Below are positions 55,489-64,000 of a stretch of DNA of 64,000 bases, in pieces. A model generated the notes under the pieces. The model was not told where the DNA came from, made no database searches, and saw nothing but the letters and a program-made list of their open reading frames with translations. The stretch spans positions 19,186 through 83,185 of the forward strand of contig JAZNQN010000044.1 of the NCBI GenBank assembly GCA_045590195.1, read 5' to 3'. Positions within the stretch are counted from its first letter, which is position 1, and each line of letters opens with the position of its first letter. The position numbers and the translations under genes were made by a program. This DNA comes from Clostridia bacterium (lineage in GTDB: Bacteria > Bacillota > Clostridia > UMGS1883 > UMGS1540).

Positions 55489-56898
55489 TTATTTATTCTT
55501 AAGGTATTCATCGATTGCCTTGGCAGCAGTTTTACCTGCGCCCATAGCAGATATAACCGTTGCAGCACCTGTTACTGCATCGCCGCCTGCATAAACTGCA
55601 TCGCGTGATGTAAGGCCATCTTCATTTACAATAATTCCGCCTCTGTTATTAACTTCAAGGCCCTTTGTAGTATCTTTTATAAGCGGGTTAGGCGAAGTAC
55701 CAATAGACATTACAACTGCATCAACCTCTAACTCATATTCTGAACCCGGAATTTCTACAGGACGTCTTCTTCCTTTTTCATCAGGTTCGCCAAGTTCCAT
55801 TTTCATAAGGCGAATACCTGTTACAAAACCGTTTTTAGGATCTCTTGGATCCTCAGGATTGTTATAACCCAGAATTTCAACCGGGTTTCTGAGAAGCTGA
55901 AAATCGATTCCCTCTTCTTCAGCATGTTCAACTTCTTCCCTTCTTGCAGGAAGTTCTTCCATTGAACGACGGTAAATAATATAAACCTTCTCAGCTCCAA
56001 GTCTTAAAGCAGTTCTTGCAGCATCCATAGCAACATTACCGCCGCCTACAACTGCAACACGGCCACCTTTCATAATAGGTGTGCTGCCATCTTCACGATA
56101 AGCTTTCATGAGATTGCTTCTTGTTAAGAATTCGTTTGCAGAATAAACGCCTTTAAGAGATTCGCCGGGAATTCCCATGAAATTTGGAAGGCCTGCACCG
56201 CTGCCTACAAAAACAGCTTCATAGCCCATATCAAAAAGCTCGTCGATTGTAAGGGTTTTACCGATTACAACATTAGGCTCAACATTTACGCCAAGTTCTT
56301 TTAAAGTTTCAACTTCTTTAGCAACTATTGCCTTTGGAAGACGAAATTCAGGAATACCATAAACAAGTACACCGCCTGCTGTGTGAAGTGCTTCATAAAC
56401 TGTTACGTCGTAACCTTTTTTAGCAAGGTCACCTGCACAGGTAAGGCCTGAAGGGCCGCTACCAACAACGGCAACTTTGTGGCCGTTAGACAATGGTTTT
56501 TCAGCCTTTTCCTTGGCGTTTTCATTATGCCAGTCAGCAACAAAACGCTCAAGTCGGCCAATGCCTACAGGCTCAAACTTAATTCCAAGAGTACATTTAC
56601 TCTCACACTGTGTTTCCTGTGGGCAAACTCTTCCGCAAACCGCAGGAAGTGAAGATGATTTTGAAATAGACTGATATGCACCTTCAAAATCGCCATTTTT
56701 AATATGAGTAATAAAATCAGGAATATCAATATTTACAGGACAGCCTGCAACGCAAGGCTGGTTTTTACAATTTAAGCATCTTTCAGCTTCTCCTACAGCC
56801 ATTTCCTGAGTATAACCAAGAGCAACTTCATTGAAGTTATGGCCCCTCACATCAGCAGGCTGTGTTGGCATTTCATGCTTTTTAGGATTTATTGCCAT
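55489..56898 (-). CDS. nfnB: NfnB/GltD/SudA-family subunit (2x[4Fe-4S] + FAD + NAD(P)H)
   Basis: N-terminal 'CLNCKNQPCVAGCPV' and 'CGRVCPQETQCESKC'; Rossmann 'VAVVGSGPSGLTCAGDLA' and 'VAVVGGGNVAMDAA'. Confidence 0.75.
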   Translation of the reverse strand: MAINPKKHEMPTQPADVRGHNFNEVALGYTQEMAVGEAERCLNCKNQPCVAGCPVNIDIPDFITHIKNGDFEGAYQSISKSSSLPAVCGRVCPQETQCESKCTLGIKFEPVGIGRLERFVADWHNENAKEKAEKPLSNGHKVAVVGSGPSGLTCAGDLAKKGYDVTVYEALHTAGGVLVYGIPEFRLPKAIVAKEVETLKELGVNVEPNVVIGKTLTIDELFDMGYEAVFVGSGAGLPNFMGIPGESLKGVYSANEFLTRSNLMKAYREDGSTPIMKGGRVAVVGGGNVAMDAARTALRLGAEKVYIIYRRSMEELPARREEVEHAEEEGIDFQLLRNPVEILGYNNPEDPRDPKNGFVTGIRLMKMELGEPDEKGRRRPVEIPGSEYELEVDAVVMSIGTSPNPLIKDTTKGLEVNNRGGIIVNEDGLTSRDAVYAGGDAVTGAATVISAMGAGKTAAKAIDEYLKNK

Positions 56899-56923
56899 TT
56901 TAAATTCCTCCTTCTAAATCAGT

Positions 56924-57772
56924 TCAGGCATTTTTGAAAAGATTGCAAGCTTCTTCATATGCGTGACGCTCAAAATCTGCATACATTCTGCCTCTTGACA
57001 TTGCCTCGTCAAAATCGATTTCGTAGGCATTAAATTCAGGCCCGTCAACACATGCAAACTTTGTAACCTTTTTGCCATCCTGGTTCAAAGTAAGTCGGCA
57101 ACCGCCGCACATACCAGTTCCGTCGATCATAATAGGATTCATTGAAGCTGTTACAGGAACACCAAAAGGTTTGGCAGTTAGAGTAACAAACTTCATCATA
57201 ATAAGCGGACCAATTGTGATGATAATGTCAAATTTTTCTCCGCCTTCAAGCATTTCTTTAAGCGGAACAGTTACGTTACCGTGACGACCATAAGAACCGT
57301 CATCAGTCATTAAAATAAGGTTGTCCGAGCATTCTCTGAACTCATCTTCCAAAATTACAAGATTTTTATCTCTGAAACCGATAATGCTTGTAACTTCAGC
57401 CCCAAGGCGATGAAATTCCTGCGCAACAGGCATAGCAATAGCACAGCCAACGCCTCCGCCTACGATACAAACTTTTTTAATACCTTCAGTATGAGTTGCT
57501 CTTCCAAGAGGACCAACAAAATCTTCAATGAACTCACCTTCGTTTTTCTGACCGAGTTTTGCAGTTGTTCCTCCAACTATTTGAAAAATTATTTTAACTG
57601 TGCCATCTTCCTTGTTGCAACCTGCAACTGTAAGCGGTATTCTTTCGCCTTCGCTGTCGACACGTAAAATAATAAACTGACCTGGTTTTGCCTTTGCTGC
57701 AACTAACGGAGCTTCAATTTCCATCTGGGTTACAGTTGGGTTTAACACTCTTTTACGCACAATTTTGTACAT
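56924..57772 (-). CDS. nfnA: NfnA/SudB/PyrK-family subunit (FAD/NAD-binding with 2Fe-2S)
   Basis: 'PGQFIILRV' FNR-like fold, 'VGGGVGCAIAMP', C-terminal 'GMCGGCRL'. Confidence 0.75.
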   Translation of the reverse strand: MYKIVRKRVLNPTVTQMEIEAPLVAAKAKPGQFIILRVDSEGERIPLTVAGCNKEDGTVKIIFQIVGGTTAKLGQKNEGEFIEDFVGPLGRATHTEGIKKVCIVGGGVGCAIAMPVAQEFHRLGAEVTSIIGFRDKNLVILEDEFRECSDNLILMTDDGSYGRHGNVTVPLKEMLEGGEKFDIIITIGPLIMMKFVTLTAKPFGVPVTASMNPIMIDGTGMCGGCRLTLNQDGKKVTKFACVDGPEFNAYEIDFDEAMSRGRMYADFERHAYEEACNLFKNA

Positions 57773-57914
57773 AAAAATTCACCTCTCTATATTTTAAATA
57801 ATTGTTATATTACATACATAACTTTACATAATATATAATAACACAATTACACTTTTTTGCATATTATAAAATTTGCATATCCGTTATATACTTATAGGCA
57901 TATGGTTATTTCGT

Positions 57915-57958
57915 TTTTACATAACAACAGCGCGATACATTTATTATGTACCGCGCTG
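57915..57958 (-). terminator. Hairpin after hydA copy 2 (weak T-run)
   Basis: cagcgcgatac ... gtaccgcgctg, one mismatch. Confidence 0.3.
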
Positions 57959-57974
57959 CTTAAAATTATTTAAA

Positions 57975-59711
57975 TCAGTATTTCTTTCTTTCTACATAGT
58001 GAGTATGTAAAAGGTCGTGAGCTTTGTGTGAACCGGGTTCGCCAAAGTACTCTTTATAGAGTTTGTCAACATCAGGATTCTTATGACTCTGTCTTACAGT
58101 AGATGCTTTGTCTTCAGCATAAAGGGCTTTTGCCCTTTCAGCCTTAACATCCATATCCATACGAAGCTTAGCCGGAACAATCGGCTGACCGCCACCTGTT
58201 ACGCAACCACCGGGACAAGCCATAATTTCGATAAAGTGATAATCTGCTTTGCCCTCTTTAATACTGTCGAGAAGTGCACGTGCATTTCCAAGGCCATGAG
58301 CAATAGCAACTTTAACTTCTTTACCCCCGAGAGTAAGAGCAGCTTCTTTAATGCCCTCAACACCTCTTACTGCCTCAAAATCAAGGCTTGCAGGCTCTTT
58401 ACCGTCAAGAATTTCGGCAACTGTACGAAGTGCTGCTTCCATAACACCACCTGTTGCACCAAAGATAACACCTGCGCCTGTATCCATACCAAATGGGTCA
58501 TCGAATTTTGCATCTTCAAGAGAAGCAAAATCTATACCCTGTTCTTTAATCATTTTAGCAAGTTCTCTTGTTGTAAGAACGATATCAACATCTTGAAATT
58601 CGTTGCCAAGTTCTTCTCTGCCAGCTTCGAACTTTTTAGCTACGCAAGGCATAACGGAAACTACAACCATTTTTTCAGGGTCGATATTATTCTTTTCTGC
58701 ATAGTAAGATTTAAGAACAGCACCAAACATTTCGTGAGGAGATTTACAGCTTGAAAGGTTTGGAATAAATTCAGGATAGTAATGTTCACAGAACTTAACC
58801 CAACCAGGGCTGCAAGAAGTTATAAGTGGCAACTTACCACCATCTTTAATTCTGTTTATAAGCTCTGTTCCTTCTTCCATAATTGTAAGGTCGGCAGCTG
58901 TATTTGTATCAAAAACTTTGTCAAATCCGAGCATCTTGAGTGCATTTGCCATTTTACCTGTAACAGGTGTGCCAATTTCAAATCCGAATTCTTCGCCAAG
59001 TGCCGCTCTTACAGCAGGAGCTGTCTGAACGATAACATATTTTTCAGGATCGGCAATTGCTTCCCAAGTCTGTGCAATACTGTCTTTTTCATAAAGTGCA
59101 CCAACAGGACAAGCAGCAATACACTGACCACAGTTAACACAGGCAACATCGCCAAGTGATTGTTCAAACGCACAAGCAATTGAAGTGTTGAAACCACGGT
59201 TAACAGCGTCAATAACAGATACAGTTTGAATATTTTTACAAGCACTTACACAGCGACGGCAGAGAATACATTTGTTGTTATCACGAACAATTGATGCTGA
59301 TGAATCATCAATTTCCTGGACATTTCTCTCGCCTTCAAAAGCAATATCACGAACACCGAGTTCTTCAGCCAAAGTCTGAAGTTCACAATTTCTGTTTCTT
59401 TCGCAAGTAAGACATCTTTTGTCATGAGCGGAAAGAATAAGCTCAAGTGTGATTTTTCTTGCTTTTCTGACTTTTTCGCTGTTTGTTACAACCTCAAGGC
59501 CTTCTGAAACAGGATAAACACAAGCCGCCTGAAGTGTTCTTGCAGTTGAAACTTCAACTACGCACATACGGCATGAACCTGTTTTGCTTACATCCTTTAA
59601 ATAACAAAGAGTAGGGATGTGAATATTTGCACTGCGTGCAGCTTCAAGAACGGTATAATTTGCAGGAACGCTAAGGCTCTTGCCGTTAATTTTAATATTT
59701 ACATTTTCCAT
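57975..59711 (-). CDS. hydA: [FeFe] hydrogenase catalytic subunit HydA of a trimeric hydrogenase, copy 2 (with C-terminal extension)
   Basis: 'TSCSPGWVKF', 'MPCVAKKFEA', 'EIMACPGGCVTGGGQP'; extra ~60-aa C-terminal tail. Confidence 0.9.
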   Translation of the reverse strand: MENVNIKINGKSLSVPANYTVLEAARSANIHIPTLCYLKDVSKTGSCRMCVVEVSTARTLQAACVYPVSEGLEVVTNSEKVRKARKITLELILSAHDKRCLTCERNRNCELQTLAEELGVRDIAFEGERNVQEIDDSSASIVRDNNKCILCRRCVSACKNIQTVSVIDAVNRGFNTSIACAFEQSLGDVACVNCGQCIAACPVGALYEKDSIAQTWEAIADPEKYVIVQTAPAVRAALGEEFGFEIGTPVTGKMANALKMLGFDKVFDTNTAADLTIMEEGTELINRIKDGGKLPLITSCSPGWVKFCEHYYPEFIPNLSSCKSPHEMFGAVLKSYYAEKNNIDPEKMVVVSVMPCVAKKFEAGREELGNEFQDVDIVLTTRELAKMIKEQGIDFASLEDAKFDDPFGMDTGAGVIFGATGGVMEAALRTVAEILDGKEPASLDFEAVRGVEGIKEAALTLGGKEVKVAIAHGLGNARALLDSIKEGKADYHFIEIMACPGGCVTGGGQPIVPAKLRMDMDVKAERAKALYAEDKASTVRQSHKNPDVDKLYKEYFGEPGSHKAHDLLHTHYVERKKY

Positions 59712-59730
59712 AATTATCTGCTCCCCTCTC

Positions 59731-61611
59731 TTAGTGTTTTTCTATTGCGCCAAATTTACAGCTATCCATACACACGCCACATTTGATACATTTGTCTGTA
59801 TCAATTGTAAATGGCGATTTGATTTCGCCTGAAATTGCGCCAACAGGACATTTTCTTGCACAGAGTGAACACCCTTTACATTTATCTGCAACAATCTCGT
59901 ATTTAAGAAGTTTTTTACATACGCCTGCAGGACATTTTTTATCACGAACGTGAGCAATGTATTCATCCCTGAAATAACGAAGTGTGCTGAGTACAGGGTT
60001 AGGAGCTGTCTGGCCAAGGCCACAAAGTGAAGAAGTTTTAATAGCTTCACAAAGCTCTTCAAGCTTATCAATATCTTCCATTGTTCCCTTACCTTCTGTA
60101 ATTTTTGTAAGAATTTCAAGAAGGCGTTTTGTACCGATACGGCATGGCGAACATTTACCACAGCTCTCATCAACTGTAAATTCAAGGAAGAATTTAGCAA
60201 TATCAACCATACAGTTATCTTCATCCATTACAATAAGACCACCGCTGCCCATCATAGAGCCAATGCTCATAAGCGAATCGTAATCAATAGCTGTATCAAT
60301 CAAAGATGCAGGAATACATCCTCCCGAAGGGCCACCTGTCTGAGCGGCTTTAAATTTCTTACCGTTTGGAATTCCGCCGCCAATTTCTTCGATGATTTCA
60401 CGAAGAGTTGTTCCCATAGGAACTTCAACAAGACCTGTGTTATTGATTTTACCACCAAGAGCAAATACTTTTGTACCTGCGCTCTTTTCGGTACCAATAC
60501 CTTTAAACCAAGCGGCACCATTATTTATAATCATAGGAATATTTGCATAAGTTTCAACATTATTCAGAAGAGTTGGTTTCTGCCACAAACCTTTAACAGC
60601 CGGGAACGGAGGACGTGGACGTGGTTCGCCACGGTGACCTTCAATAGAAGTCATAAGAGCTGTTTCCTCGCCGCAAACAAATGCACCGGCACCAAGACGA
60701 AGCTCAAGGTTAAATTCGAAATCAGTTCCAAAAATATTTTTACCAAGAATTCCATATTCCCTTGCCTGTTCAATAGCAATATTAAGGCGGTCAACCGCGA
60801 TAGGATATTCGGCACGAATATAGATATAACCCTGCTTAGCGCCTACTGCATAAGCTGCAATTGACATAGCCTCTATAATAGTGTGAGGATCACCCTCAAG
60901 AACACTACGGTCCATAAACGCACCAGGGTCGCCTTCATCGGCATTACATGCAACATATTTTTCTTCGCCGGGAGCATTTGCAGTAAACAACCATTTCATA
61001 CCTGTTGAGAAGCCGGCACCGCCACGGCCACGAAGACTTGAGTTTTTAACTTCATCAATTACTTCAGCAGGTGTCATACTTGTAAGAACTTTTTCAAGGG
61101 CTTTATAACCATCGAAAGCTATGTATTCATCAATATTTTCAGGATTAACAACACCACAGTTACGAAGAGCAAGACGCTGTTGTTTTCTGTAGAAATTAAC
61201 ATCGTTAAGACCTTTGATATTTTCACCATCAATTGTTTCCTGATAAACAAGGCGTTTTACAACGTTTCCACCCTTAAGGTGTTCACTGACAATTTCCTTA
61301 ACATCTTCAATTTTTACGCAGCTGTAAAAACATCCTTCAGGATATACTATCATAATCGGGCCAAGTGCACAAAGGCCAAAGCAACCGGTCTGAACAACCT
61401 GAATTTCGTCTGCAATACCAAAATCTGCAAGCTGTTTTTTAAGTTCTGTAATAATTTTGGGCGAACCCGATGAAGTACAACCTGTACCGCCACATACGAG
61501 CACATGGTGGCGAATTTTATCGGGAACCACATTTTTATCTTTACGAAGTGAAATTCTTTTAAAAGTTTCACTACGTATAGCATTTATTTCATTTAAGCTT
61601 TTCATAATCAA
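59731..61611 (-). CDS. hydB: NuoF-like flavoprotein subunit HydB, copy 2
   Basis: Same architecture as copy 1 ('GGAGFSTGMKW', 'CNADEGDPGAFMDR', 'ESCGKCSPCRIG'). Confidence 0.9.
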   Translation of the reverse strand: MIMKSLNEINAIRSETFKRISLRKDKNVVPDKIRHHVLVCGGTGCTSSGSPKIITELKKQLADFGIADEIQVVQTGCFGLCALGPIMIVYPEGCFYSCVKIEDVKEIVSEHLKGGNVVKRLVYQETIDGENIKGLNDVNFYRKQQRLALRNCGVVNPENIDEYIAFDGYKALEKVLTSMTPAEVIDEVKNSSLRGRGGAGFSTGMKWLFTANAPGEEKYVACNADEGDPGAFMDRSVLEGDPHTIIEAMSIAAYAVGAKQGYIYIRAEYPIAVDRLNIAIEQAREYGILGKNIFGTDFEFNLELRLGAGAFVCGEETALMTSIEGHRGEPRPRPPFPAVKGLWQKPTLLNNVETYANIPMIINNGAAWFKGIGTEKSAGTKVFALGGKINNTGLVEVPMGTTLREIIEEIGGGIPNGKKFKAAQTGGPSGGCIPASLIDTAIDYDSLMSIGSMMGSGGLIVMDEDNCMVDIAKFFLEFTVDESCGKCSPCRIGTKRLLEILTKITEGKGTMEDIDKLEELCEAIKTSSLCGLGQTAPNPVLSTLRYFRDEYIAHVRDKKCPAGVCKKLLKYEIVADKCKGCSLCARKCPVGAISGEIKSPFTIDTDKCIKCGVCMDSCKFGAIEKH

Positions 61612-61632
61612 ACCTCCAAGTTCAAATCTGGT

Positions 61633-62121
61633 TTATTCCATATACTTTTTCAAGATGCCTTCAACTTCGTCAACGGTAAGTTTTCCGTAAACGTCTTCGC
61701 CAACTGTCATAACAGGAGCAAGACCGCAGGCACCGATACATCTTGTAGCATCGATAGAGAAAAGACCGTCGGGAGTACATTCTCCAACTTCTATTCCCAA
61801 AATTTCCTTAACCTTCTCCAGAATAAGATTTGAACCTTTTACATAACATGCAGTACCAAGACAAACACCTATCTGATATTTGCCCTTTGGATTAAGTGAA
61901 AACTGAGCATAAAAAGTTACAACTCCATAAATTTCAGCCAAAGGAATATTAAGTCCTTCTGCAATCATTGTCTGCACTTCGATTGGCAGATATCCATAAA
62001 TTTTCTGCGCTTCGTGCAAAACAGGAATAACTGCGCCGGGCTGATCTTTGTGCATTTCAATAACTTCGTTAAGCTTTGCAGCCTGTTCACTTGTTCCTGC
62101 AAATGGTATTGTTTGTGCCAT
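61633..62121 (-). CDS. hydC: NuoE-like [2Fe-2S] subunit HydC, copy 2
   Basis: 'CLGTACYVKGS...CIGACGLAPV'; GGAGGA RBS. Promoter-like TTGTGT-17-TATAAT upstream. Confidence 0.85.
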   Translation of the reverse strand: MAQTIPFAGTSEQAAKLNEVIEMHKDQPGAVIPVLHEAQKIYGYLPIEVQTMIAEGLNIPLAEIYGVVTFYAQFSLNPKGKYQIGVCLGTACYVKGSNLILEKVKEILGIEVGECTPDGLFSIDATRCIGACGLAPVMTVGEDVYGKLTVDEVEGILKKYME

Positions 62122-62166
62122 TAAAAACTCCTCCTATGTTTTATATTAATGCATAATAACACATCA

Positions 62167-62184
62167 TTGTTAATATTATATCAA
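62167..62184. promoter_or_regulatory. Second Rex-like box (minus strand TTGATAT-aata-TTAACAA) between the -10 and RBS of hydC copy 2
   Basis: Read directly; 12/14 match to TTGTTAAnnnnTTAACAA. Confidence 0.3.
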
Positions 62185-62399
62185 TTATATCACTTTTACA
62201 CAAGTACCTAAATTATTTTTGGTTACATTGTACAAAACTTACCGCGTATTTTCCGTTTTTACCTATGCTTTTTTTGCATAATGACTATATAAAAAATGTT
62301 GGATAACAAAATTACACAAATATAGCTAAAAAAACTTTGACTTTTTTCCTATAATATGTTATCATTATTTAATAATGCATTTTACGAGGAGTGAATCAA

Positions 62400-63962
62400 G
62401 TGGCAGAAAACATTAAAAGTACCACAGAAGAACAGGTACAGGATTTAAACGAAATTTTACAGGTAAGAAGAGATAAGCTTGCCGAACTTCAGCAAAGCGG
62501 CAACGATCCTTTTCAGATAACAAAATTTGACCGTACACATTCTTCAAAAGATATTTGCGAAGGATACACAACCGAAGAACGCACAGTAACTGTTCGCGGA
62601 GAGGAAACACAGGTAACTGCTAAAATCTCCCCTCTCGACGGGAAAATTGTTACTGTTGCCGGCAGAATTATGTCAAAACGTGGTATGGGTAAAGTTGGCT
62701 TTGCTCACATTGCTGATATTGACGGTCAGCTTCAGCTTTTTGTTAAAAAAGATATTCTTGGCGAAGATGACTATAATACATTTAAAAAATATGATATTGG
62801 CGACATTGTTGGCGCTGAAGGCGAAGTTTTCACAACACAGACAGGCGAAATTTCAGTTCGTGTAAATAAACTTACACTTCTTTCAAAATCACTTCAGCCT
62901 CTCCCTGAGAAGTTCCATGGTATGACAAATACCGACCTTCGTTACAGACAGCGCTATGTCGACCTTATTATGAACGCCGATGTTAAAGATACATTTATCA
63001 AGCGTTCAAAGATTATCAGCGCAATCCGCACATATCTTGCAAAAGAAAACTTTCTCGAAGTTGAAACACCAATGCTTGTTTCAAACGCAGGCGGCGCTGC
63101 TGCCCGTCCTTTCGAAACACATTTTAATGCTCTTGATGAAGATTTCAAACTTCGTATTTCTCTTGAACTTTACTTAAAACGTCTTATCGTTGGTGGTCTT
63201 GAAAGAGTATATGAAATTGGAAGAGTTTTCAGAAACGAAGGCCTTGACACCCGTCATAATCCTGAGTTTACTCTTATGGAGCTTTATCAGGCATATACAG
63301 ATTACCACGGTATGATGGATTTAACTGAAAACCTCTACCGCTATGTTGCAAACGAAGTTTTAGGCACAACTAAAATTGTTTATAACGGTATTGAAATGGA
63401 TTTAGGCAAGCCTTTTGAAAGAATTACAATGCTTGATGCAGTTAAAAAGTATTCCGGTGTTGACTTTAATGAAATTAAAACTACCGAAGAAGCTCACGCA
63501 GTTGCAAAAGAACACAATATCGAATTTGAGAAACATCATAAAAAAGGCGATATCTTAAACCTTTTCTTTGAAGAATATGTTGAACATCACTTAATTCAGC
63601 CTACATTTGTTATGGATCATCCGGTTGAAATTTCTCCTCTTACCAAGAAGAAACCGGAAAATCCTGATTATGTTGAACGTTTTGAATTCTTTATGAACGG
63701 CTGGGAAATGGCAAATGCTTATTCAGAACTTAACGACCCAATTGACCAGAGAGAACGTTTTAAGGCTCAGGAAGAACTTCTTGCTATGGGCGATGAAGAA
63801 GCTAACACAACTGATGAAGACTTTATGCGTGCACTTGAAATTGGTATGCCTCCAACAGGCGGTATCGGATTTGGTATTGACAGAATGTGTATGCTCCTTA
63901 CCGACTCTGCTGCAATCCGCGATGTACTTCTCTTCCCGACAATGAAACCGCTTGATAAGTAA
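62400..63962 (+). CDS. lysS: Lysine--tRNA ligase (class II)
   Basis: N-terminal OB anticodon-binding domain; class II motifs 'FRNEG', '[11 protein letters not shown]', '[14 protein letters not shown]'. GTG start at 62400 (GGAGTG RBS) preferred over GTG at 62391, which lies inside the SD. Confidence 0.85.
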   Translation: MAENIKSTTEEQVQDLNEILQVRRDKLAELQQSGNDPFQITKFDRTHSSKDICEGYTTEERTVTVRGEETQVTAKISPLDGKIVTVAGRIMSKRGMGKVGFAHIADIDGQLQLFVKKDILGEDDYNTFKKYDIGDIVGAEGEVFTTQTGEISVRVNKLTLLSKSLQPLPEKFHGMTNTDLRYRQRYVDLIMNADVKDTFIKRSKIISAIRTYLAKENFLEVETPMLVSNAGGAAARPFETHFNALDEDFKLRISLELYLKRLIVGGLERVYEIGRVFRNEGLDTRHNPEFTLMELYQAYTDYHGMMDLTENLYRYVANEVLGTTKIVYNGIEMDLGKPFERITMLDAVKKYSGVDFNEIKTTEEAHAVAKEHNIEFEKHHKKGDILNLFFEEYVEHHLIQPTFVMDHPVEISPLTKKKPENPDYVERFEFFMNGWEMANAYSELNDPIDQRERFKAQEELLAMGDEEANTTDEDFMRALEIGMPPTGGIGFGIDRMCMLLTDSAAIRDVLLFPTMKPLDK

Positions 63963-64000
63963 AAACAAAAAACTCTTGCAAACGGCGGTGCTTCTTAGGG

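Noticed and set aside
62122-62399. T-box leader for lysS (a 'taccgcg' heptamer at ~62238)
   Set aside because: The heptamer is ~160 nt from the start codon, lacks the GGGTGG context and any terminator/antiterminator arrangement. Treated as chance.

Overview
This 64-kb window appears to come from a low-GC, strictly anaerobic Firmicute, probably a Clostridia fermenter of the Ruminococcaceae/Oscillospiraceae type. This is inferred from gene content (sporulation yunB, trimeric [FeFe] hydrogenases, HydS sensor, Hdr/Flx, NfnAB) and base composition. It opens inside an integrated mobile element with two overlapping tandem tyrosine integrases that abut a tRNA-Pro(CGG) gene and a nearby 5'-half tRNA-Pro remnant. 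Next come an envelope-stress island (SLH-anchored serpin, membrane HtrA protease, CssRS-like two-component system) and a long core block: plsX-acpP-rnc, smc-ftsY, UPF0182, ruvX, tyrS, nfo, cca, rpmE, yhaO/yhaN, kduI, dut and eno. The most notable region runs from 33.9 to 46.5 kb. It is a 12-gene minus-strand operon of mdh, fumC, hdrB, hdrC, hdrA, mvhD, an FrhB-like flavoprotein, Flx/sulfhydrogenase-like Fe-S and NAD(P)H modules, and a soluble two-subunit fumarate reductase, followed by an Asp-Al_Ex transporter. I read it as a candidate flavin-based electron-bifurcating, NADH-dependent fumarate reductase system (reductive oxaloacetate-to-succinate branch). A Rex-like operator lies upstream. From 46.5 to 62.1 kb is a dense hydrogen-metabolism island. 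It holds a monomeric [FeFe] hydrogenase co-transcribed with an SpoIIE/PP2C phosphatase and a PAS-containing sensory hydrogenase HydS, two paralogous 2Fe-2S ferredoxins, two tandem paralogous hydCBA operons, and nfnAB embedded directly upstream of the first. The window ends with lysS.
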